NCBI GenBank assembly: GCA_013286795.1 | Contig: JABDFA010000011.1 | Span: forward strand, 6,341-38,340 | Source of the DNA: Candidatus Babelota bacterium | GTDB lineage: Bacteria > Babelota > Babeliae > Babelales > JABDEC01 | Reading direction: 5' to 3' | DNA length: 32,000 bases | Shown here: piece by piece, positions 17,081 to 24,355 of the stretch | Numbering within the stretch: the stretch's first letter is position 1 | How the letters are laid out: every line of letters starts with the position of its first letter | The notes under the pieces: model-generated | Database searches by the model: none | What the model was told of the DNA's origin: nothing | Seen by the model: the letters and a program-made list of their open reading frames with translations, nothing else | Program-made: the position numbers and the translations under genes

Positions 17081-17629
17081 ATGAACGCAAAATTAAACTT
17101 ATTTCTAGTAACATTTTCTCTATCTACGTTTCTTGCAAATAATTCTATGGATGAAAGACCTAAAAAAAGAATTTGTTTAGAAGAAGAATATAGAAAGAGA
17201 AAATCAACATATAATTGGAGGCATGATGTACGTATTAAAGACTTCGAATTCATAGAAGAAGCGTTACGAAACGGAGCAGATCCCAATTTTGAAATAGATT
17301 TTTTTGAAGGTAGCAATCTTTCCTATACAGGTTTACATTATGTAATTAAATGCTATAAATATCTTAGAGAAAAGGAAAAATCCCAACAAGCCTTAAATAT
17401 TATTAGATTATTACTTAAATCTGGTGCTGATATAAATTTAGAAGACACTCTAAAAAAAAGAACTTTTTTAGAACTAGCAAAAGAATCTGATGATGAGGAT
17501 ATACTTAAAATTATTAAAGAATGGCAAGAAGAAACAAACAAAAAAATATTAGAAGAAACTAGTCCCTACATGCCACCTGTATTGGGAAATATAGTTAGTG
17601 AATACGTTACAGGTAAATTAGAACAATAA
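17081..17629 (+). CDS. Secreted ankyrin-repeat protein, array member 4 (short mosaic copy)
   Basis: The 5' end (leader + MDERPKKRICLE) matches member 3. The 3' end (KEWQEETNKKILEETSPYMPPVLGNIVSEYVTG) matches member 2 almost nucleotide for nucleotide. The central ankyrin repeats are reduced. Confidence 0.85.
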   Translation: MNAKLNLFLVTFSLSTFLANNSMDERPKKRICLEEEYRKRKSTYNWRHDVRIKDFEFIEEALRNGADPNFEIDFFEGSNLSYTGLHYVIKCYKYLREKEKSQQALNIIRLLLKSGADINLEDTLKKRTFLELAKESDDEDILKIIKEWQEETNKKILEETSPYMPPVLGNIVSEYVTGKLEQ

Positions 17630-17640
17630 GCAATAATTGC

Positions 17641-17688
17641 GTTCATGGATTCGATACGTTTGCTTCGCAAACACTCACCACGAACGGG
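17641..17688. repeat. GC-rich palindromic repeat, locus R4 (single module A)
   Basis: gttcatggattcgatacgtttgcttcgcaaacactcaccacgaacggg. It differs from 9815-9860 by a 1-nt indel. Confidence 0.85.
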
Positions 17689-17724
17689 TTTTAAAAATTT
17701 TAGATTTTCAAGTTCGCGTTAGAA

Positions 17725-17754
17725 AGGGCAATAACCAAAATAAGTTATTGCCCT
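17725..17754. terminator. Bidirectional hairpin terminator between the ankyrin array and the DUF378 gene
   Basis: 11-bp perfect stem agggcaataac (17725-17735) / gttattgccct (17744-17754) with an 8-nt loop. T-rich sequence follows on the + strand. It lies between convergent genes. Confidence 0.55.
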
Positions 17755-17778
17755 CGTTATTTTCAGAGTTATTCTAGT

Positions 17779-17976
17779 TTACTTCTTTAACAAGAAAGAA
17801 ACAGAATAAAGACCTGATAAGCCAACTAAGATATAAACAACTCTGGTCAACATTGTTCCATCTCCAAGTAGAGATGTTACAAGGTTCATACCTGTAAGAC
17901 CTATTAGACCCCAGTTGATAGCGCCCACAATTACTAATACAAGGGCTACTAAATCAACAATCTTCTTGTTATCCAT
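17779..17976 (-). CDS. DUF378 family small membrane protein
   Basis: 65 aa with two TM segments. GAINWGLIGL and the distal VYILVGLSGLY match my recollection of the DUF378 signature. An AGGAGA RBS lies upstream. Confidence 0.75.
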   Translation of the reverse strand: MDNKKIVDLVALVLVIVGAINWGLIGLTGMNLVTSLLGDGTMLTRVVYILVGLSGLYSVSFLLKK

Positions 17977-18067
17977 AAAAACTATCTCCTTAGTTTGTTA
18001 ACAGAAGTTTAAACAGTTTACATTTGTGATTTTATTAATTTAATTTCCAAAATTCAATATTTATTTT

Positions 18068-18520
18068 TTAGTTTAATTGAGAAGTGCTTGGAGATTTAAG
18101 CTCTGGGAGTTTTTTGGCAATTTCATCTAAAATGCCATTTATAAATTTATAAGCATCTGCTTCAGAAAAACATTTTGCTAATTCTATTGCTTCATTTATA
18201 ACAATAGTAGGAGGTGTATCTGTATTCAACATTTCCCAAACGCTTAAATATAGAATTAGACGTGTGCAAACACCTATACGGTCCAAACGCCAATTAGATA
18301 AAAATTTTTGAATAATATTATTTAATTCTAATCTTGCATCAACCACAGATTTGACGACTTTAACGGCTTCACTATCTACAGGAATATCTAATTCAAAGCC
18401 TCTATTAAAATCATCTAAAATTGATTCCAAAGATACTTGATACTCATAGCACTCTAATGCATAAAGCAAATGAAACATCAAAGAACGTAATTCCCGTCTT
18501 GCCAGATTGTCGTATTTCAT
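18068..18520 (-). CDS. nusB: Transcription antitermination factor NusB
   Basis: 150 aa. RRELRSLMFHLLYALE at the N-terminus and INEAIELAKCFSEADAYKFINGILD near the C-terminus are typical of NusB. It starts 4 nt after the efp stop. Confidence 0.9.
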   Translation of the reverse strand: MKYDNLARRELRSLMFHLLYALECYEYQVSLESILDDFNRGFELDIPVDSEAVKVVKSVVDARLELNNIIQKFLSNWRLDRIGVCTRLILYLSVWEMLNTDTPPTIVINEAIELAKCFSEADAYKFINGILDEIAKKLPELKSPSTSQLN

Positions 18521-18523
18521 AAT

Positions 18524-19090
18524 TTATTTTTTTATTCTTTCAATATAACTAGAGTCTCTTGTATCAACTTTAATTATATCGCCTTCATTGACAAAAAGAG
18601 GAACTTGTACCACTAAACCAGTTTCTAAAGTAGCAGGTTTAGTTCCAGCTCCTTGTGCCGTATCACCTTTAACTCCAGGAGGAGTTTCTGTAACTTGAAG
18701 CTCAACAAAAAGTGGCGGATTCACTGATATAGGATTTTGATCAAAGTAAACTATTGTATAAAACTCTTGTTCCTTTAAAAAATCTACAATCTCACCAAGC
18801 TGTTTTTTATCTAAAAAAACTTGATCATAAGATTCCTGATCCATAAAGCAATAACTTTCATCATCTTTATAAAGGTATTGCATCTTCTTATATTCAACAT
18901 TAGGAGTCGAAAATTTTTCTTCCACTCTAAATGTTTCTTCATGGGTAAGACCAGTTATCATATTCCTCATTTTAGTTCTAACAAAAGCCCCACCCTTGCC
19001 AGGCTTAACATGCTGAAAATCTACAACTGTATATGGCTCGTTTTTATAAAGAAATTTGGTACCTTTTCTAAAATCGGAAGCGGAAATCAC
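18524..19090 (-). CDS. efp: Elongation factor P
   Basis: DFRKGTKFLYKNEPYTVVDFQHVKPGKGGAFVRTKMRN is a classic EF-P N-terminus. The ORF track starts at 19099 (GTG). I prefer the GTG at 19090, which gives (M)ISASDFRKG like B. subtilis MISVNDFRTG, with AGGTGG 5 nt upstream. Confidence 0.93.
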   Translation of the reverse strand: MISASDFRKGTKFLYKNEPYTVVDFQHVKPGKGGAFVRTKMRNMITGLTHEETFRVEEKFSTPNVEYKKMQYLYKDDESYCFMDQESYDQVFLDKKQLGEIVDFLKEQEFYTIVYFDQNPISVNPPLFVELQVTETPPGVKGDTAQGAGTKPATLETGLVVQVPLFVNEGDIIKVDTRDSSYIERIKK

Positions 19091-19197
19091 AGCAACCACC
19101 TTTAAAATAAAAAATTAAAATTTATATAATTATAAATTATAGTTTAAAATAGGCCAAAAGCAAGCCCTTAAAACCCTTTTAACAATTAAGGAACCAC

Positions 19198-20427
19198 TTG
19201 GATAGATTAAAATTAGTTGATCCAGAGATATTTGAAGTAATAAAAAACGAAACAAACCGTCAAGAAAATGAAATAAATTTAATTGCATCAGAAAATTATG
19301 TAGATAAAGCCGTACTAGAAGTAACTGGGTCAATTTTAACAAATAAATATGCTGAAGGATACCCTGGCAAAAGATATTATAGTGGCTGTCAATTTGTTGA
19401 TCAAGCTGAACTCTTGGCTATAGAAAGATGTAAATCAATTTTCAAAGCTGAGCATGTAAATGTTCAAGCTCACTCAGGTTCTCAGGCAAATATGGCTGTT
19501 TATTTTGCCATATTACAACCCGGAGATACAATAATGGGAATGAGGCTATCTGAAGGTGGTCATCTTACACATGGTCATAATGTAAGTTTTTCAGGAAAAT
19601 TATTTAAATCAGTTTCTTATGGAGTAAACCCTTCAACTGAACAGCTGGATTATGATGAAATACAAAGATTGGCAGAAGAACATAGGCCAAAACTTATAAT
19701 TTGTGGCGCATCAGCATACTCAAAGATTATAGATTTCCAAAGATTCTCAAAAATAGCAAAAAGTGTAGGTGCATATTTAATGGCCGATATAGCCCATATT
19801 GCAGGGCTAATAGCAACAGAATTACACCCTAGTCCAATTAATCATGCTGATTTTGTAACAAGTACTACACATAAAACTTTGCGCGGTCCACGAGGTGGGT
19901 TAGTTATGTGTAAAAAAGAATTTGCATCTATTCTTGATAAAGCTATAATGCCTGGAATGCAAGGAGGTCCATTTATGCATGTAATTGCTGCAAAAGCTGT
20001 TGCTTTTAAATTAGCACAATCACAAAATTTCTTTGATTATCAAAAGCAGATTATTAAAAATGCAAAAAAAATGTGTTCAACTTTGCAGAACCTTGGTTAT
20101 AGAATTGTTTCAGGAGGAACAGATAACCATCTTTTTATTATAGATTTAAGATCTAAAGGTTTAAATGGTAAAATTGCTGAAGAAATTCTGCATAATACTG
20201 GAATTTATGTTAACAGAAACACTATTCCATTTGATCCTGAAAAACCCGCCATCACTAGTGGGATACGAATTGGCACACCTGCAATTACTACTAGAGGAAT
20301 GAAAGAAGAACAAGCTGAACTTATTGCAAATTTAATTAATGAGACTTTAGAAAATAAAGACGATCGAAAAAAACTTGAAACCATTAAACAAAAAATAAAA
20401 GATTTATGTAAGCAATTTCCAATTTAA
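19198..20427 (+). CDS. glyA: Serine hydroxymethyltransferase
   Basis: 409 aa with LIASEN, the PLP-lysine motif [12 protein letters not shown], and a full-length N-terminus. It uses a TTG start at 19198 with AAGGA 5 nt upstream. Confidence 0.97.
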   Translation: MDRLKLVDPEIFEVIKNETNRQENEINLIASENYVDKAVLEVTGSILTNKYAEGYPGKRYYSGCQFVDQAELLAIERCKSIFKAEHVNVQAHSGSQANMAVYFAILQPGDTIMGMRLSEGGHLTHGHNVSFSGKLFKSVSYGVNPSTEQLDYDEIQRLAEEHRPKLIICGASAYSKIIDFQRFSKIAKSVGAYLMADIAHIAGLIATELHPSPINHADFVTSTTHKTLRGPRGGLVMCKKEFASILDKAIMPGMQGGPFMHVIAAKAVAFKLAQSQNFFDYQKQIIKNAKKMCSTLQNLGYRIVSGGTDNHLFIIDLRSKGLNGKIAEEILHNTGIYVNRNTIPFDPEKPAITSGIRIGTPAITTRGMKEEQAELIANLINETLENKDDRKKLETIKQKIKDLCKQFPI

Positions 20428-20479
20428 ATAAATTATGCTAGTTAAATTTTTTTTTAAACTTAACTAGCATAATTTATTT
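20426..20479. terminator. 20-bp perfect inverted repeat between convergent glyA and the 20483 gene (bidirectional terminator candidate)
   Basis: aaataaattatgctagttaa (20426-20445) / ttaactagcataatttattt (20460-20479) with a T-rich 14-nt loop. It overlaps the glyA stop codon. Confidence 0.55.
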
Positions 20480-20482
20480 AAA

Positions 20483-20881
20483 TTAAACTACAAATTCTTC
20501 TGTCTCAACAGATTTTGAATTTCTAAAATTTTTCAAAAGATTTTCAAACTTTTGATTTATATTTCCTGTAACTTCATGAATTTTAGCTATTAATTCTTCT
20601 GAAGACAAAGAATCAATTTCATTTTTAATTTCTTTTAATTTATTTTTTATTTCATCTTTTAACCTTAATAAGTTATTTTTGGTTGATAGCACCAGGTTAG
20701 ATTTTTCAATATCTTCAGTAATACCTTCTATTTTGTCTCCAACCCATTTCACTGAATTTTTAAGTTCTTGTTTAAGTTTCTCATAACCCCAATCTTCATA
20801 ATCACCGTTGCAATAAGAGTTGTTACTTGAAAATAGAACTAAAAACATAGAACCTATTAATAATTTTTGTAAACTTTTCAT
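20483..20881 (-). CDS. Small secreted coiled-coil hypothetical protein
   Basis: The ORF track starts at 20911. I prefer the ATG at 20881 (MKSLQKLLIGSMFLVLFSS) with GGAGG 6 nt upstream. The product is K/E/N-rich and helical. Confidence 0.6.
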   Translation of the reverse strand: MKSLQKLLIGSMFLVLFSSNNSYCNGDYEDWGYEKLKQELKNSVKWVGDKIEGITEDIEKSNLVLSTKNNLLRLKDEIKNKLKEIKNEIDSLSSEELIAKIHEVTGNINQKFENLLKNFRNSKSVETEEFVV

Positions 20882-20920
20882 AATTACCTCCGCTTTTTTT
20901 AAATAACACATATATTAAAA

Positions 20921-21424
20921 CTACAACACCGGTAGAAAGATACATGGTGTACCAGATGCAACACAGCCTACAGCCACAAGAGTAAGACCTACACCTGCCG
21001 CCGTACCCTTTATAAATACCTCAGCAGGCAATCCCTGCACATGAGTAGGATAATCTTTCCCATTTTTTTCAACTGTAACTGTTATATCTCCACAAATACC
21101 ACCCCAGGTTTCTTTCTTAAATCCATTGTCCATTACCTTTTCACCTTTGGAGTTGTAAACCTTCACTCGTCCAAAACAGGCACCTTTACATAACACGGTA
21201 TTATTTGCAATATAAGGCTGACCAGTTCTTGATCCTTTTGGAATTTTAGCTCTCCAATCACAACTCAAAGGAGATTTATAACCTCCAACACCCAATGTTG
21301 ATACTAATTCAACTTCAATATCTTCACCAGTATTATTATTTACGGTTATTTTATAACAATATACTTGACTGACAAATGAACTTATTACTGAAAATAATAT
21401 TAATTTTCTCTTTAAATTACCCAT
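20921..21424 (-). CDS. Small Cys-rich secreted protein with C-terminal hydrophobic tail
   Basis: The ORF track starts at 21448. I prefer the ATG at 21424 (MGNLKRKLILFSVISSFVSQVYC) with GGAGG about 5 nt upstream. The body looks beta-rich with several Cys. The C-terminus is AAGVGLTLVAVGCVASGTPCIFLPVL-stop. Confidence 0.6.
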   Translation of the reverse strand: MGNLKRKLILFSVISSFVSQVYCYKITVNNNTGEDIEVELVSTLGVGGYKSPLSCDWRAKIPKGSRTGQPYIANNTVLCKGACFGRVKVYNSKGEKVMDNGFKKETWGGICGDITVTVEKNGKDYPTHVQGLPAEVFIKGTAAGVGLTLVAVGCVASGTPCIFLPVL

Positions 21425-21507
21425 AATACCTCCTCTTTTAAATTCCATCTATAAATTGATTTTACCATATTCAAAAGACTAAAATCAACTATAATTTTCA
21501 ATCTGAA

Positions 21508-21999
21508 TTATAATATTTTTCTAAACACATGAATATGTGCCGATAAACCTGATCTAGCCTGAACTTTAACTATTTCAAAACCTGCTTTTTTAAAGGCTTT
21601 CAATGAAGAAATATTATCTTCGTTAATAACAGCTGTAATCTCAGTTTTATTGCCCTGTTTCAGCATATCTTGAACGGCATAATTAATCAAAACATTGGCA
21701 TATCCATTACCCCTGTATAATGGGTCTATGAAAAGTATACTTATTGACATGGAATCAGAATAAAAATAATATTTATTGGGCTTATTTGGGCGATAGACTA
21801 TGAATCCAATAGAAATGCCAAATTTTACTAAAACTCTAATCTCTCTATTTTCAGCAAACAAATCTTCTTCTATATTTTTTACAGAATATTCTGGCCAACA
21901 AGAAACATCTACCAACAAATTCCAATTTTCTTTAAATGCTTTAAATATAAAATCTTTATCTCGAGTTTCTTGATAATTATAGATTACACAGTCAGGCAT
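21508..21999 (-). CDS. GNAT family N-acetyltransferase
   Basis: 163 aa. The acetyl-CoA binding motif R-x-x-G-x-A is present in YRGNGYANVLINYAV, and the size is typical of GNAT. Confidence 0.8.
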   Translation of the reverse strand: MPDCVIYNYQETRDKDFIFKAFKENWNLLVDVSCWPEYSVKNIEEDLFAENREIRVLVKFGISIGFIVYRPNKPNKYYFYSDSMSISILFIDPLYRGNGYANVLINYAVQDMLKQGNKTEITAVINEDNISSLKAFKKAGFEIVKVQARSGLSAHIHVFRKIL

Positions 22000-22046
22000 A
22001 ATATACTTTTATATAATATTTTTTAATTTTTATCTATCTTGTATAT

Positions 22047-23360
22047 ATGACAAAACAAGTTTTTAAAAATTTTATTATATATTCCTCAGGGGCAATAGTT
22101 TCAAGAGGCATAACTGCTACAATTACCTTATCTGCAACCAATTTTTTAAGTACGTCAGAATTTGGCCTGCTTTCTCTATTAAATACTTTTATTGCTATAG
22201 TTCCAATATTTTTAAATTTAGGATTAAGACAAGTTTTTGGATTAGATTTTTTTCATACAGATAATACCGGAAGAAGAAAAATAATAGAAGATATAATCTC
22301 AATATATCTATTAATAGCTATACCAATTTTAATTTTATTAATCAGTTTTATCCCTAAATTCAATAAACTATTATTTTTAAATCAACTTGATCCAAAAATA
22401 ATTTTAATAGCACTAGTAATATGTTTTATGCATTTTTTTACAGAACTGCTCTTTCAAGTTTTTCGTTACCAAAGTAAATCCTTACATTTGTCTTTGACGC
22501 AAATATTAATGGGATCCACTAATGCACTTTGTGCAATAATATTAATAAAATTTTTTAATTTTAAAATCATGGGTTTAATCCTATCTAATTTGACTAGCAT
22601 GCTACTAATTTTTATTTATGGATTATGGTTATATTTTAAAAAAATTGGTTACTTAAAACCAAAATTAATAAACAAAAATATTATAAAATATTATCTATTA
22701 ACAGGTTTTCCATTTATACCAAGTATAATGTTTTCTTGGATATTATCATTTGCAGATCGTTGGATCCTAGCTCAATATACAAGCTTAGAGCAAGTAGGAA
22801 TATATTCTTTGGCAGACTCATTTGGACAACTTTTTCAAATGTTTATACTCTACCCTCTAAGTGGCTCTTATATCCCATATATTTTTGAAACATTTAGTAA
22901 AAATAAAGAAAATATTTTAGACATAGATAAGTTGAATCAAAAAAACATGTGGCTATCAATGTTTATAATGTTCATAATTGTAATCATTGGTTTTGCATTC
23001 TCAAAAAAAATATTATTTTGGATAATACCAGCAAAGTTCCATGAAGCAATAAATTATATTTTGATTATATTGATGAGCCAGATAATATTCATGGGTTCCT
23101 ATTTTGCAACCTGCTACTTACAATTTTTTAAAAGAGTATATCTTCTTGTAAGTTTTACAATTATTTCTGCAATTTTAAACAGTATCTTAAATATTTTATT
23201 GGTGCCAAAATTTGGCATATACGGCTGCCTTTTTTCTACTTTTATTGCATACGTCTTTTATTTGGCAATAATTTTAATTGTTACGAAAAGTGTAAAAGAC
23301 AAAGCGATTAAACTTCTTCCAAAACCTAATATGATTTTATTTAGAACCCGTTCGTGGTGA
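22047..23360 (+). CDS. Polysaccharide/oligosaccharide flippase-like polytopic membrane protein (Wzx/MOP-type, tentative)
   Basis: 437 aa and hydrophobic throughout (about 12 or more TM segments). It sits next to glycosyltransferases. The last 4 codons (TRSW) and the TGA stop come from repeat R5. The family call rests on topology and context only. Confidence 0.65.
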   Translation: MTKQVFKNFIIYSSGAIVSRGITATITLSATNFLSTSEFGLLSLLNTFIAIVPIFLNLGLRQVFGLDFFHTDNTGRRKIIEDIISIYLLIAIPILILLISFIPKFNKLLFLNQLDPKIILIALVICFMHFFTELLFQVFRYQSKSLHLSLTQILMGSTNALCAIILIKFFNFKIMGLILSNLTSMLLIFIYGLWLYFKKIGYLKPKLINKNIIKYYLLTGFPFIPSIMFSWILSFADRWILAQYTSLEQVGIYSLADSFGQLFQMFILYPLSGSYIPYIFETFSKNKENILDIDKLNQKNMWLSMFIMFIIVIIGFAFSKKILFWIIPAKFHEAINYILIILMSQIIFMGSYFATCYLQFFKRVYLLVSFTIISAILNSILNILLVPKFGIYGCLFSTFIAYVFYLAIILIVTKSVKDKAIKLLPKPNMILFRTRSW

Positions 23361-23475
23361 GTGTTCTACGAAGCTTGCGTAGTAGAACGTATCGAATCCA
23401 TGAACGCAAATTTATATTCACCCTTCGATACATCCGTCTTCGCCGGAGGCTTCGACGGATACTCAGGGCGAACGG
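23347..23475. repeat. GC-rich modular palindromic repeat, locus R5 (module A + module B)
   Basis: Module A: cccgttcgtggtgagtgttctacgaagcttgcgtagtagaacgtatcgaatccatgaacgc (23347-23407). An AT spacer follows. Module B: tcacccttcgatacatccgtcttcgccggaggcttcgacggatactcagggcgaacgg (23418-23475). This is the same two-module layout as R2 in the opposite orientation. Confidence 0.85.
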
Positions 23476-23509
23476 AGAGAGGGTCAACTTGTAAATTTAA
23501 TAAATTGTT

Positions 23510-24355
23510 TCACAAATTATCGTATCTTTGCCGAGACTTAATCAATTGTGTAATTTTCCTTTGTTTTTCAGAATTAACTTTGAAATCATTAAAGTTCGTT
23601 TGTACATTATAAACATATAAAATTTCATCAACAAACTTTATATGCCCACGAGCCATTTCAAGCATAGGAAGCATTTCTGCCACATCACCAGCTACATCAA
23701 TAAAATCACCATCTAACATTAAATCAGATTTTTTGATTTTTTTAAATAGCCATGCATAATATGTTCTTAATGCGCTGGTGTACCATTGATCCATTGACCT
23801 GAAATCATAATCTTGTTCAAGAAATTTACACTGTCCCTCAACACCAGATGGCCAACGAATAAATTGACCATAAGTTAACCAAACATCCTCAGTAGAATAA
23901 GTAGAATTTATTATCTGAAAAACATAATCTTGAGCTAACCAATCATCTCCATCTAAAATGATAACTATTTCTTCATCATTTGCTAAATGGGAACCTAAAT
24001 ATCTGTTTGCAGTAGCCCCACTTCGTTTTTCATTTCTTATCAAGGTTAGTTTAGATTTATAGCCTAAACTATCCACATAACCCTGAACATAAAAAGATGT
24101 ATCATCCTGTGAAGCATCATCAATATATATAATTCTATAATTTGAATATTTTTGATTAAAAATAGAATCTAAATTTTTTTTATACCAGAGAGCATTATTA
24201 TAAGATGGTATTACTACAACTATTGGTTTTTCATAAAGATTATTAATTATTTTATTCTTTCTAAAAAAGCTTCTCAACTTTGCTATATTTAGTTTTATTG
24301 CAAATTTCATTCCAAACCATTTTTCTAACTTTTTTATCATAACTTTTAAAATCAT
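23510..24355 (-). CDS. Glycosyltransferase family 2 (tandem paralog, downstream copy)
   Basis: GT-A signature VVVIPSYNNALWYKKNLDSIFNQKYSNYRIIYIDDASQDDT and DXD motif LDGDDWL. The N-terminal MILKVMIKKLEKWF is homologous to MVEKFVIKLIYKFF of the upstream copy, which supports the ATG at 24355. Confidence 0.85.
   Translation of the reverse strand: MILKVMIKKLEKWFGMKFAIKLNIAKLRSFFRKNKIINNLYEKPIVVVIPSYNNALWYKKNLDSIFNQKYSNYRIIYIDDASQDDTSFYVQGYVDSLGYKSKLTLIRNEKRSGATANRYLGSHLANDEEIVIILDGDDWLAQDYVFQIINSTYSTEDVWLTYGQFIRWPSGVEGQCKFLEQDYDFRSMDQWYTSALRTYYAWLFKKIKKSDLMLDGDFIDVAGDVAEMLPMLEMARGHIKFVDEILYVYNVQTNFNDFKVNSEKQRKITQLIKSRQRYDNL

Noticed and set aside
23361-23612. 83-aa ORF starting right after the flippase-like gene
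   Set aside because: Its first half is a direct translation of repeat R5 (ERIESMNAN...PFDTSVFAGGFDGYSGRTE). Its 3' part is antisense to the GT2 gene end. There is no RBS.
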